A DNA stretch of 63,168 nt, filler included. It is 15 parts of 15 records of this genome, joined end to end, with 100 filler letters (N's around TTAATTAATTAA, not from the genome) between each part and the next. Parts side by side here need not be neighbours in the genome. Positions count along the whole stretch, not along the records: positions 15,349 to 18,725 come from SRR15195285_10635; positions 18,826 to 24,780 come from SRR15195285_10647; positions 24,881 to 29,004 come from SRR15195285_10649; 12 more parts are not named here. One strand, 5' to 3'. Positions 15,917-28,863 of this stretch are shown piece after piece (the stretch's first letter is position 1; each line of letters starts with the position of its first letter). Below the pieces are notes generated by a model. That model had not been told where the DNA came from, ran no database searches, and worked only from the letters and a program-made list of their open reading frames with translations. The position numbers and the translations under genes were made by a program.

Positions 15917-17497
15917 ATGGGCGAAGAACCGTTGAAGGTGGCCGCCCTGGTGACAGAGTATCGACCAGGCTCTCACGCGGATGTTCTGCTGACAAAGTCA
16001 GTCTTACAAGCACTGATGACAAACGCTCCCCATCAATCCACGAACGCATCTCACTCACCAGCTAGTCACATCCCGGCGTCCACCGACTGCAGCGCTTGCT
16101 GAGACAGTGTGGATTGTGTGTCGCCATGTATATCGGTAGGTACCTCAAAGGCTTTCCACTCGACGAGGGTTATTTTGCTCCGCGGGTGCAGCTGGTGGCA
16201 CTCTACCTCGATCAGCACCCTCCAAACGACATCGGGCACGCGCTAGCCGCCGAGCATGGAGTCGCCATCTACGACACGATCACTCAGTGTCTCACTCTGG
16301 GAGGTGACACGGGTGGAAACGAGCCAAAATCGGGTGGGATCGCTGTGGATGGAGTGATCATCATCGGCGAACATGGCGATTACGCGTGGAATGAAAAGGA
16401 TCAGCACCTGTATCCCCGCAAGTACTTCATGGAGGCTGTCTGCGGTGTCATGGCAACCAGTGGCCGCTCCGTCCCTGTCTTCTGCGATAAGCACTTGTCC
16501 TACAATTGGCACGATGCAAAGTGGATGGTCGACCGCGCAAAGGAGCTCGGGGCGCCATTCATGGCCGGCTCATCGCTCGTGCTGGCGTGGCGCAAACCGT
16601 GGCTGGAGCACCCTCTCGGCATAGTCATTGAAGAAGCAGTTGCGATCGGATACAGTGGCTTGGACATCTATGGGTTTCATGCCCTGGAGGCGTTACAGTG
16701 CATGGTGGAGCGGCGATCGGGAGGTGAGGTGGGAATCGCAGCAGTGCAGTGTCTCGAGGGTGATGCAGTGTGGGAAGCAGCCGCGACAGGCCGATGGTCC
16801 ATGGCGCTTGCTGAGACTGCGTGCGACTGCATAGAAAATAAGCCTGACGGTGGCATGGTGGCAAATACACCGCAGCCCGCGGCGTTTCTGATAGAGTACC
16901 GCGATGGCTTCAACGCAACTGTTCTCATGCTGGAGGGTTACGTAAAGTCCCAAGCATGTGAGACTCTCGCCGTTGACAGTACTATACATAACATACTTTA
17001 TGGAATGCACGATGCTGATTGTGCACAATCTAACATATATTCATCACCATTTTGTGAACGCGACAGATGCGGCAGCCACAGCACCCGCAAACTCGAACGG
17101 CGCAGTGGAGATTGTCGCATGCGCAATGAATCTGCATGAAGGTGTACCGTATGGCCATAAGCCGTATCGGCCAGCTGAGGGGACATTTGCACACTTTGCA
17201 TACCTAGGAAGGAACGTGGAGGAGATGATTCTTACAGGAACACCGACGTACCCAGTGGAGAGGTGCTTACTGACGACTGGAGTGCTCGAGGCTGCACTGA
17301 CCAGTCGTTTCGACGGTCACGCTCGTCTTGTGACACCTCACCTGGACGTGGCCTACACAAGCTTCCCTGACGTAGAATCAGGTGCTGCTCCTCCGGGGTC
17401 TTTGATCAGGCCACGGGAGCCGGAACCGTGTGGAGCAAGCTTGATGCAGTGGCCGCCTTCTCCCGCCGTGCAAGCTGCGGCATTATCGCGTCTGTGA
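15917..17497 (+). CDS. Bacterial-type uncharacterised oxidoreductase-like protein (recalled from Planctomycetes and similar), 3 exons, ~442 aa
   Basis: KVAALVTEYRPGSHAD, LYLDQHPPND, AVDGVIIIGEHGDY, SGRSVPVFCDKHLS, PFMAGSSL, YGFHALEALQCMVERRSGGEVG, YPVERCLLTTGVLEA. Removing introns 15997-16139 and 16958-17066 gives one open frame. Confidence 0.85.
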
Positions 17498-17961
17498 AGG
17501 CAGCAACCCCAAGCTCACGATTCCGCCGTCCATCCGAACGCGTGATGCACGATGGGTGTTAATGCACGCGGTGTGTAAAGGGCATGACGAAGGTCACTTC
17601 CATTCATACACACACGCCCAAGCACGACCCAGCACCGCCCAACGCTGTGCTCATTGGCGCTGGTTGAGCACTGCGCCAGAGACAACCTCCTCGAGCCGGT
17701 GTACCGTGCCCAATCGGGTGCAAAATGCGGCAGCTAAGAAGTGCGGAGTCGCGTATTCGAACTCGAGCGCAGCGTGGCAGCATTAGGCCACTTGGGTGGC
17801 AGCCCAGTGAGTGTAGTCTGGACCAATCTATATACAACTGCCCTGCATTGATTTTTGAGTAAGTTGAGTCTGCACCGGTCTGTAATGATACAACTGCCCG
17901 CCGCCGAACCTTGCGCAACAACACTCCCCTCTGCGGCTAGCGTGCTCGAGATAGTCATTAG

Positions 17962-18725
17962 TCACTTGATGAGCGCGCAGAGCATCCAATTGCGTTGCGT
18001 TGCCGGCTTCCGGAGGTCTGCCACGCTGGCGTCGAAGTTGATGTATTGCACTGCAGCAGCAGCGCCTGCAGGTGGTGCAACGTGGCTGGGAGCCTTCTGT
18101 GCTGACTGGTGCTGCGCCTTGGCGGCCTCCTGCTCTTCCTTGATCGCTTCTAGAAAAGCTGCCACTGAGATCATGGACTCGCTGTCGTCGTCACCGTCGC
18201 TAACAATAACAGCCTTGATTGCGTCGACAACGTAGTCCACCTCAGTTTCTTCCACGTTGTTGGCCGTCATATCCATGGTGAACGGCCGCATCAACTCTTG
18301 CATTCCATCCTTTTCGGCATTCCATTTCCCACGCTTCACCATTGACACGTTTGGTCCCGTCCAATGCCAGAAGAGAAACTTGACTCGCTTGAACGCACCA
18401 GCGCCGAACCCTGCGCGAACCAGGCCGTACAAGACTCGATCCTCTGCCAAGAACTGTCGCATTTCAGGGATGCTGCCGCTGCCCGCATTCACAAGTGCAG
18501 GCGCGCTTGCATTCGGCTCCGCTAGCAGCCAGTTCAAGCTACCGCGTTCCGAGCGGACCTGCCCCAACGCATCCTGAAAGCTGATGCCCAGGTCGACGGC
18601 CGTGGGCGCTCCGGTGCCAGCCGGCGCCTCATCGCCAGCCGCTGGCTCTGGCTCCGGCTCAGGTGCAGCAGCCATCTGCTCCTCCATTTGTTGCCTAAAC
18701 GCACTGATATCAACGGCACCACCCT
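17962..18725 (-). CDS. ADF-H domain protein (coactosin/drebrin-like), probably 5'-truncated
   Basis: VRSERGSLNWLL...AGSGSIPEMRQFLAEDRVLYGLVR...KRVKFLFWHWTGPNVSMVKRGK. A partial second repeat at the C-terminus (LRKPATQRNWML). Confidence 0.8.
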
Positions 18726-18929
18726 NNNNNNNNNNNNNNNNNNNNNNNNNNNNNNNNNNNNNNNNNNNNTTAATTAATTAANNNNNNNNNNNNNNNNNNN
18801 NNNNNNNNNNNNNNNNNNNNNNNNNTGAACGTGTGATAAATCATCTTTACTACTAGACCCTGCAGTGCCCAGATTGCGCGCGCGCGCGCGCGCTGCATTC
18901 ATGGTCTAACATTTACGTATCAGTAGGCG

Positions 18930-21900
18930 ATGGCGACGGCGATGGCGAGCGGGGAGGCCCTGGACAGCATCGACGGCGAGGAGGAGCCGCAGCAGAGCAG
19001 CACACTGTCGGGGCAAGGGCAAGCCGGGCGGCGGACGGCACGGCCGGTAGCGCGGCCGATGGGGGTGGAGGGGCTGGGGGTGGCCGCGCTGTCGGGCAGT
19101 GCAGGGCAGCAGCGGCTCAGCGCGGAGGAGCTGCAGATGGAGTCGGACCTGCGGGCACGGCTGAATGAGCTGCTAGTGCTGACCAAGGAAGGGACGGTGG
19201 ACGCTGTGACTGGGTTGGGTGGACTGCTCACTAGAGACAGTGACCCAGGCGGTGGCGGTGGCCTCCAGGCTGGCGAGCAGCGGGTACGTGCTCACCGGCA
19301 GTCCGTGTATGGACTGACGCGCGAGCCGCCACCTTGGGCGGTCCAGCCTGGAGCACCGACGACGAGCGCCAAGGTGCGCCAGCCCTCTGTCCCAAACCAC
19401 TTTCTGTACCTTGGACTTACGGGGCCGCGTGCGCGACGGGTTTTCAGATCGCAAGCTTCACGCAGAGGGTGGGTCGCATTCGCCAGGGGAGCAAGCTGAC
19501 AGCTGAAGAGGTAGTGGGCGGGCGGCAGCTCCACTCAAAGGTGGCCATAGTTACCGGCGCCAACAGCGGACTCGGTTATGAAACTGCCCGCGTACTGTGC
19601 AAAGCTGGTGCTCGTGTCATCCTCGCATGCCGCAGCGTCAAGTCCGCTGAGGCGGCGGCTGACAAAATACGCAAGGAGCTGGAGGGTGCAGCCGCCACAG
19701 CCGTCGAGATTATTCACGACACGGATTGGGTCGGGACAAACTACGTGGACATTGGAACCGTTGAAGTGATGGAGCTTGATCTAGCTGACTTGGAGTCCGT
19801 GCGCTCGTTTGCGGCGAAATTCCTCGCTGAGGAATGTCCTCTGCACTACCTCATCTGCAATGCTGGCAAAATGGCCCCGCCTTTTCGCCAGACGAAGCAG
19901 GGCTACGAGACCCAGTGGGCGATCAACCACTTGGGACACTTCTTGCTGGCGACGCTGCTCACAGAGAAGCTCGATGAGACCGCTGCTCGAACTGAGGACG
20001 GCAGTCGGCTCGTGGTGCTCACGTCGCAGTCGCACCAGCTTGGAAAGATGCACTGGGATCAAGGTTTCCTCAACTCGCAGAGGGACTACGATCCGTGAGT
20101 CCAAGCTACTGGCGTGCATGCTTTAGACCGACATGCAGCGTGCGCTTTGTTTCTGGGCTCACTTTCAGATGTTGACGTCGCTGTGGTTGCAGGTGGGCTG
20201 CATACTTCCAGTCAAAACTTGCCAACGTCCTTTTCGTGAGGGAATTTGACCGGCTCTCCGCGCAGCGTTCGGTGCGACCTTGCCTACGGACAGACGGCTT
20301 CCTTTTGCTCTCAGCTAGAACAAATCGTACTGTTCGTGCCATATTTTCGGGTTTTGGTCGGGGGCCGACAGGAGCAAGCTGATGTGCTACAACTCACTCC
20401 TGCATCTGTGACGCAGGCTGTAAAGCATGGCGGAGACGGCCAGTGGCCACGCACGACTGCCCATGCTGTGAACCCTGGGCTAGCCAATACATCGCTCACG
20501 CGGGAGCTCTCGGCGTTTGCCAAGGCAGCCTACTTTGGTGGTATGGCCCGACGGTCTGCCGCGGTTGGTGCCGCGACCACGCTGTACTGCTGCGTCAGCA
20601 AGGCGCACGATTTGGTTCTTGGTGGGAGATACTACGAGAATTGCGACGAAGTCTTGCTGTGGGACGAGTTGGAGGACGAGGATGAGGAGGAGGATGCGAA
20701 GGAGCAGACAGAAAGCGCACAATCCGAGGACTCGAATGAAGGCGGCGGCGACGAAACCCTGCAGTTGGATGCAGAGGATGAAACTTCTTTGGAAGCAGCG
20801 GCCCGCTTGTGGGCGCTTTCGGAGTGGATGGTCCAGCCTAATAGTACATACCACGACGCTCACAGCGGCCTCTTTAGTGTTGATGAGGTGCTGGAGGAGG
20901 AATCTTTCGAGAAGGTGTTTAGCTATGAAGTTGTAACTCCAGCAAACACATACAAGGGCGACGGCGATGGTGAGGCAAGTTCGACTGCTTTTGGCGAAGC
21001 CGCAGGCGAGTGGCAGCAAGCAGAGTTTGATCCGACTGCAGCGCAGCGTGCAGCAGCTGAGGCTGCCGCTGCGCGCAAGTCCGTAGGTTGGGCTGGATTC
21101 AGCAATCGGGGCCGAGAACAGCAGCTTTCCACAGACGATGGTGTTGAGCTCGCGGCGTTGTCTCCTGCTGACACGGGTGGGACGCCCAGGCGTGCCGCTG
21201 TGCTACACACGCCGGTGATCGAGCCCATCGATCCGTTGGCACGGCGCGCCGACGGAAGTCCTGAAGCTAGCGCAAAGAACAGCAGCAATGCTGTAGCTAC
21301 GACTGATGTCCCCCTTGATATTATGCCAATGACATCCGCTGGAAACACTGAGTCTGCTGTGCTGCCAGTGGATGATGACAAAGAAAGCGGCCAGTCACCG
21401 TCCGCATTGTCAGAGTCTTCAGTGTCCGCCCCGAAGACACAGTCGCAATCAGAACCCGCAGCACAAGCACGGACACAGGCGACCCAGCAGCGTATGGCAT
21501 GGTCAGCCCTTACTGACGAGGAACGAGCTGCTGCAGTGGTACTCGGTTGGGACTCTGGGGTAAGCTGGGAGCAAGGGGAACGTCCAGGTGGGACAAAACA
21601 GACAGAGCAGGCTGGAGAATCGGGCAACCATGCCGGTGGAACAGCAGACAGCACAGGGACGGTGAGAGAGTGGCGAAAATTATCCGCAGCCGAGCAAGCA
21701 GCGGGCTTGGTTCTCGGGTTTGATCAGGTCAGCTGGGATGAAGAGATGGCACCAGAGGTCGCTGAAGCTAAAGCTAAGGCGAAAGCAGCTGCGGATGAAG
21801 CTGTTGAGCTTGCAATGCTGGCGAGGGCAGCAAAAGAGGACGCGGAGTTGGCACGGGAGAGCCGTCGCGCCGAGGCAGCCAAGAAGGAAGAGGCGCGCGC

Positions 21901-22905
21901 AGCGCGCAAAGCGAAAGTTGCCGCTGCAAAAGCACAGCGCAAGGCACTGAAGGAAGCCGAGGAAAGCGAACGACTTGCCGCTGAAGCAGCACGAAAAATT
22001 ATGGAACAGCAGGACGCTAAAAAATCCGGGCAGAAAGCAAAGCAAGCATCTCGAGCGAAAGTTCGTGCGAGTCCTAGCTCTGAACGCTCAGAGAAAGCGT
22101 CCGGGTCAGCACAGCAAGTGGACTTGGACCAGGTGGATGCAGAGGCCAAGCAGCAGCAGGAGCAATCACAAAAGAGAGACCAACTGAACGAACAAGAAAA
22201 GGCGCCAACGGCTTCTCCCAGCACAAACACAATTGGGCAGACTGACGCTGAAACCGGGGGTAGCGCTACCCCTTCGCCGGACGATGTGGAAGCAGCCGAG
22301 GCAGCGCTCGAAGCACAGGCTAAAGCTGCTTTTGCCACGCTGGCAGCCGCCGTTTCTGCAGGTCCTGGACCCAACGGAGAGGTGGACAATAATGCTCCGA
22401 CCTCAAGTGGGATCCCCGTGAGAACGCCTGGAAGGTCAGGGCGGTTCAGAGTATCAGAAACGCCATCACCATCAGGCTCTCCTGCTGATGAGAAAAAGCA
22501 AGCTGTTGTTGCCGCAAAAGCCGACTACTTTTTTGGTCAGGCGACGAAGTTGCATGACGAGTTTGCGGCGATCGAGCGGCGATCTGGGGTTAGAAAGCTG
22601 TCGTGAGCTGCTACTGTCCATGCTTGCCGCACGCCAGGCCAGCTCAAGATCGCTTGCCTACTGATCGACCGGGCAATGTACTGATGAGTATGCTGCTGTC
22701 AATTACAGGTACTTCGAGGCGTCGACTCTCGCAGAAGACCTCGGTCTTTCATTGTCCGGGCCTGCCTTGAACGCAGCTATTCCTAAGCTTGACCCTGGTC
22801 GCTCAGGAGAGATCCGGTTTGCGGACTTTGAGGAGTGGTGCGTGCGCTCGCTTCACAATCTACACTGTTGCGCATGGCTGCTGACATGCTACAATCATAC
22901 ATAGG
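18930..22905 (+). CDS. Retinol dehydrogenase/WWOX-like SDR fused to an acidic region, Trp-motif repeats, coiled coil and EF-hand; multi-exon, 3' end uncertain
   Basis: AIVTGANSGLG, VILACRS, LDLADLESVRSFA, LICNAG, INHLGHFLL, AYFQSKLANVLF (YxxxK, exon from ~20193), AVNPG, GAATTLYC. The exon at ~22709-22837 encodes an EF-hand-like LDPGRSGEIRFADFEEW. Confidence 0.85.
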
Positions 22906-22920
22906 ACCTGTCTAACACCC

Positions 22921-24342
22921 TCAATCTTGCTCTTGCGCATATTGACAAAGGTGGAAAGCAGCTGCATTACAATCAGGGAACAGCGGCGACAGCGCGGGGA
23001 AGACTCCAATAGCTGTTGGAGGAGGGGCCAAGAGTGGCGCGTCAAAGAATAGCTTGGGATCTGCCATCGCCTTGGCGCTTGCAGAGGAGGGAGGGTTTGT
23101 AGAATGATGAAATCTTGCACGTTGGGTATGCCCGTCAACAATTGACATTCCACATCATTGAAGCGCAGGTTACAGCTTGCAGCTAGGCACTACAGCTGTA
23201 CGTCAGTCGCCACTGGTCTGGTGCTAGCACAGACATGTGACATCGCTCGGTGCAACCTGTGTACGTGCGTCAAAAATGGACACGGATGTTACACGTCAGT
23301 TTACTTCTGCGTTGGCCTTACAAAACGCTGAACACAAACTGGGCGGCTGATGCAAGCGTCAGATTATCTTCTGCGTTGGCCTCACCAAGCGCTGAACAAA
23401 TGGAGCTGCTGATGCAACAGCAACCATTCCAGCCTCACCCAGGTCATTATCGACGACACTCTGCTCCCAGGTATACAGGCACCTCCGGAGCACTAGTGAA
23501 TGCTTCACGACCCATGGCCGCTGCCGCAGCACACGTCCACGATACGCTAAGACAGACCAGGCACCAATCACTGCACGTGTTTCCAAGTGTCGCCACCGCT
23601 GCAGATCCCGCATTTTGCGCCGCACATGCTGTGCTTCTCCAAGCAGCCGCGGCCAGCTCCCTCCCCTTGCTACGCGTTGAACTGCTGCTGCCGACGCTGC
23701 GGACGCTGCTTCGCCAGCCGCGGCCACCTGGACGGCTCTACGTTCCTTGTGGAGCGATGCAGCCACACGCCACCACTCGTGGAACACCCGGGCCCTGCAG
23801 GCACCCAATGCCCGCGCCAGCATCCGGATATGCCGGCTGCGCTGTGACACCACTAGCCGCCACTGGCTAATCGCAGCCACCAGACTCACTCTCCGCAGTG
23901 TCGACACTGGCAGCACCTCGCGCAGCGTGTGGCGCACCGGCGGCACGAGCTGCCTGGTGTCCTCATGCCACATATTATCTGCCTGCCGTCGGGCTCGTGC
24001 GTGCTGAGTCCTATCTTCGCCACTGCCAGGTGCTCCTCGTCTTCTTCCATGCCCTCGCCCTCCGGGTTGCCCTAGTGCTGCCGCTGCTACTGCCACAGGA
24101 GCAGCAGCGTGACTACGAACCATCTGCGACTGCTTTGCATGTGACGCGCTCCACATTGCAGCTACCGTCCGCTCGCGCACCCTCTGTGGGAAGGCGACCG
24201 TCTCGAACAGGTCGGGCGTCGCCGCAAGGATAATCAGCGCGTCGATCTCTCGCACAGCCTGGCGCATCGCCTCAGCCTGCTTGCGCTTGAGCAGTGGACG
24301 ACCGTGCAGCGCTCGCGGCACCTGACGCCCCCTTGGAGCCAT
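22921..24342 (-). CDS. Basic helical hypothetical protein with periodic Trp (Sfi1-like repeats); exon structure uncertain
   Basis: ORF of ~330 codons with R/A-rich helices ending in W (AAISQWR, RVFHEWWR, LQRWR, VIGAWS, CLYTWE). Putative donor near 23385; downstream exons not resolved. Confidence 0.45.
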
Positions 24343-24661
24343 CCCCGCCGAACCTGTGATGCACCGCACCGGTATAGACACGACCGCCGCCGTCGCGGTC
24401 GTACCACTACCACGAGTACCCCCGCGACCTCAACTACACTGGCCCCGGCGTCGGCCCGGAGCCCGGCGCGCGCGGCGCGATCTCACACACGCGCGCGCGA
24501 TGAGTACGTACACACCTCACACCAGCACATAGATCGCGTATTATATCTCTCGATCAGAGCCTGACCTACTGACCTAGACCGTAATACGAGTTTGCATGCG
24601 TCTCCAAATCGATTCTCGTTGTCCTCACGGCGGCGGCGGGAACGCTGGTCGGGAGCAGGAG

Positions 24662-24780
24662 ATGGGGACGGCGATGCGCGCCTCGCTCGCGCTGCCGCTG
24701 GTACTCGCGCTGACCTCCTCTTCGCCGTTCGCAGCCGTCAGTGAAGGCGTTGGTGGACCGCTGCTGCCCTGCGGCACGAG
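24662..24780 (+). CDS. 5' end of a probable secreted protein, truncated by the contig end
   Basis: MGTAMRASLALPLVLALTSSS is a hydrophobic, signal-like N-terminus, divergent from the preceding gene. Confidence 0.4.
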
Positions 24781-24880
24781 NNNNNNNNNNNNNNNNNNNN
24801 NNNNNNNNNNNNNNNNNNNNNNNNTTAATTAATTAANNNNNNNNNNNNNNNNNNNNNNNNNNNNNNNNNNNNNNNNNNNN

Positions 24881-24940
24881 GCTGCTGCTGCTGCTGCTGC
24901 TGCCCCTGCTGCTGCTGCCCCTGCTGCTGCTGGTGCTGGT
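24881..24940. repeat. (GCT)n microsatellite
   Basis: Imperfect GCT/GGT repeat at the contig start. Confidence 0.9.
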
Positions 24941-25118
24941 GGTCGTGGCACAGCTGAGCACTGACAAAGGAACTGACGGAGGGGAAGTTCCCCAGCCACC
25001 GCTGCTGCTGCTTGAGCCAGTCTCAATGCGCACGAAGTGGCTAGTGACCAGGGCGGCCACGGGGCGTACAGAGAGCTTGCCTGGGAGCGGCGTGCGAAGG
25101 GATGCGGGGGGCGCTCAG

Positions 25119-28100
25119 ATGCACGGGCGGTTGCAGAGGCTGCTGCTCCTGCTGCTGCTGCCGAGCACGCTGCTCGGACAGGACTGCGAGCTTGCCGGGC
25201 TGGCAGTGCCGGCGCACGGCGTGGTGAATGAGTTCTGCGTGACCGGCGTGGTGGTCGATACCGTGCCTTCACGCATGCTGCCGGATGGCGAAGACTGCTA
25301 TATCGGCTGCGAGCCTGGTTGGATCGAGAGTGGCGACCAGCCGCAGTGTCGTGGCGGCGTGCTGAGCGGCAGCGTCGCGTGTTCGCCGCTGTTGCTGCCG
25401 TGTTTGCGCTCGCTGCCGTGCCTGCGACGGAAGGACCGCGGCTGCTTCAATCGATACGAGGATGAGCAGGGCCGCGGCACCTGTTCAACGCACCAGACGC
25501 TGACTGCAGCAAGCTGCGCCACCGATTTCTGCCGCACATGCGACTCGGATGCCGTCCCTGCATGTGGACCGTGCGCCTACAAGGACTACTGTGACGCGGC
25601 GTGCGAGTCCCTCGCGCCGCTTGCACCGGGGGTATCCTTCTGCGTGCCTGACGACGAGACAGTGGAAATCTCGGCGACGCGACACTTCAGCTTCCGGCAC
25701 TACGATACGCGCGGCGTGAGCAGCGAAGTGCTCCGCTCCGCAGCCTCTGCTGCGTTCTCGGATGATGGCGGCGACGATTTTGACGGTGGCGTGCTCATGC
25801 TGGCCACACAGCAGCGGCTGACCGTGGTTGTTGAGATCGGGCGCCGTGGCTGGGCTGGCGCCGAGGGCATCGCCAGCTACTCTGCGGAGGCGACTGCGTT
25901 AGTGGAAGCCCAAACGGCGTGTGCCCTGGCAGATGGGCTTGCCGAGTTCGCTGGGCTTCCACCACCGGCTACGCGCGGTCGCTTCGCGGCGCTCGCAGGG
26001 GATGATGGTGCAGCGGCGAGTGTCCTCGCGCGTAACGAGACTGGTGGGACGCTCACACTCTCAGGCTCTCTCCTCACTTCTAGTGCGACAGGGGGACTGC
26101 TTGCGGACCGGCAGCTCTACCCACAAGTCGTTCTCGCCCTGCGTCTTGCATTGGGTTTGTCGGACACCGAGACTCTGCAGGTACCTACACCTGTACATCC
26201 ATGCGCTATGCTTTGCTCAGTTCGGCGACAGCGTTTGTGCACGACAGTTTCAACGTCAGTGAGTTCTCTTCTTGGCACTTGCGGACAGGTGCTACGTGCG
26301 GGAGTAACAAGTGTTGGCGTTGGCTCTGCCACCATCACCATACAAGTACCAACACGAATGGAGGCGAGCGCGGCAGCAGGGCTTCGGTCGGAGATCGAGT
26401 GCGGACGCCCTGTCCACATGTTCTGGCGCGCAGACATTACTCAGCTCGCTGCGTTCGTTTTGTTACCAGGCCTCACACTATTTCCAATGTGGGTGTATTT
26501 TGCAGTCAAAAAATTGAGCGGTTCGACGCAACATTTGGCGAGCAGATGAGTGACAGCGGGATCGATGGGGTGCGGCATGCAGACGGCCTCCTCGTCGGTG
26601 GTGCGTCTATTATGCTCATTTCTGTGCTCAGGATGCGCAATGGGCCAGCAGGCAAACTAGGCTTAGACTAGATCCATGCCGGCAGTTGCCCTCGCTACGC
26701 GTTCTGATGATATTCGCACGGGTGGAAATAGGTACGGTTCGCAGTCTGCCAAGCCTCATCGACGCGGGCGTATCGATGCGGGAACCTAACGGCGCGATCA
26801 TAGCACTGGAGGAGGCCGCTGCTTCTTCGTTGCAGGAAGCTGTGTTGGCGTCGGTGATGCCGCCTCGGCTGCCTGTGGGCGATATTGGACATGGTACGAC
26901 CACACGAACAGAGAAAATGCAAATCCACACAACAACGGGCGATGGATCCCCGTCTCTGCCAGAATAGCCAGCACTTCATGATAGCGTGAGCTCGATCTCA
27001 CGCTATCACTGTTGCTGACTGGCTAAATGCTCAGCCAATCTTGCGGAGAGCTCGCGGAGCTCTCACGATTCAGCGCGCGCTGGCGCGTCTGGGCACAACT
27101 GCAGTCTGACGGCGCCGATCGTGCTGCCACCACCACCCCCCCCGCCGCCGCCTCCTGTGGCCGCTCCGGCAGGACTGGCGATACCAATTGCGTTAGGATG
27201 TGGGCTGGTATTGGTCGGTGGTGGTTCGCTGGTGCGTAATCAAGCTAGAAGTCACTGTGGTTTTCATGAGCAATGTGGGCAATTTGATGGAGAAAAACTG
27301 CACGTTTTCGTGATGTGATTGATAGGGCTGCTCGATAGCGAAGAAGCGTCGCGAGGCAAAGTATAACTCGGTGAACGAACAGCGCGCAGAAAAAGAGCGA
27401 CAAGACCGCGAGGTCAAAAAGGCAGCGGGTGTGCCTCTGTTCAAAACACAATCATGTTCATTGTTGTGCGGGCGTTGTGAAATTCTGCGATATCTGGTGT
27501 GACAGGCGAGCTGCTGACCGGGGATATGGTATCATGGAAGCGCGAGAGAGGCAACCTGACAGACAGTGAAGCGGCTGCAATTGCGTGAGTTGTTTAGCTT
27601 GCACAGTCCATGAGATGCTCTCTTCTCTGCCATGCTTCTGCATGTATCCGTGTCGCGTTCACCTCGTGCATGTCATCAAAACGATCTGACCCATCAAATC
27701 TTGAATGGATCGTCCGCGCTGCACATCGCTAGCGCGAGCAAGAAAGGTGCCAAGACCAAGGATGGTACATCAGCCACTGAACTGCTCTGCATTCTGGTTT
27801 CTACTCGTTGAACAGTGACGCGTTATGAAGGATTTCTGTGCGTCGCAGGCAAAAAGGTCAAAGTTGCAAAGAAGAGCGATGTCAAAAAGCGTTCCGCCAA
27901 GGTGGCACCCGTCTCTAGTGGTAGCAGTGGCGCAAATGAGAACACCAGCTCTGGACCATCGAAAAAGGGGAGCGGTGCAGATGCAAAGGCATTGTGGGCA
28001 AAGGTCGGCAGCGGTGGACGGTGAGAATTCGTACACTTTGCAGTGTGGTTCAGAGTCGAGCATTCGAAATCTCTGAGACAATGTGCCTTGTGGCAGAGTG

Positions 28101-28259
28101 AGTGCAAAAGTCGATCTTGCGATTCCGAAGGGCGCGGCAGCAGTGCGGCAAGGGAAGTCGAAATACCGGCACGCTGTGAGACAGACGGCAGAGCAACGAG
28201 AGGAGAAGGACGAGGTGGAGGAGGAGCTCAAACGTCGTGGAACGCGAATGACAACGTGA
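25119..28259 (+). CDS. Type I membrane protein with Cys-rich (sushi-like) ectodomain, multi-exon
   Basis: Signal peptide MHGRLQRLLLLLLLPSTLLG, then CYIGCEPGW...CRGGVLSGSVAC, a poly-Pro stalk, TM LAIPIALGCGLVLVGGGSL and a basic cytoplasmic tail ending ELKRRGTRMTT*. Several GT-AG introns. Confidence 0.65.
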
Positions 28260-28863
28260 CGTTCCGGGCGGCCGTCATCCGCCCGGCCGTAAGATGCCCG
28301 GGTGTGTGGAGGGATGCAAAAACTGTGCGCGCAAACGAACAACATCGAATAAATTGGCCCTCAGCAAGCCAGATCGACTGGCGCACTGTGGATAGGTGTT
28401 GGAAGGCGTCAGTCTGAGTCGATCGATATGAGGCGAGACGGTCCTAGTGTACACTCATGTGGTAGACCTTGCACGGTAAAAGACAGTCCTCATGTAGACT
28501 AGGCTCAACATTTTCAAACACGGGGCATGAAATACGTGTTCCACTTCTTCCTTCGATCGGTGCACTTGCACGCCTTGCTGTGATAGAGGGCATAAGATCG
28601 CATGCCCTCTATCACGGTCTCAGGCTGGCAGGTCACAGCAATCGTCGGGTATGCCTGGAGTCAAGTGGGTGGAATTGTTGTTTATTGAAGCCAACAATGC
28701 CATGTTGACATCATGTGACACGCGCAACTGCAAAGACCTAGTACGTTGTGCGCACCGAACATTCTATTGAGCAACAGGAATCTGTATTCCGTCGCCCCAT
28801 GCACTCACTGCAATGTTCCGCATCATATACTCGGAACGCAAGGTCCAAAGATAATCTGCTCGG

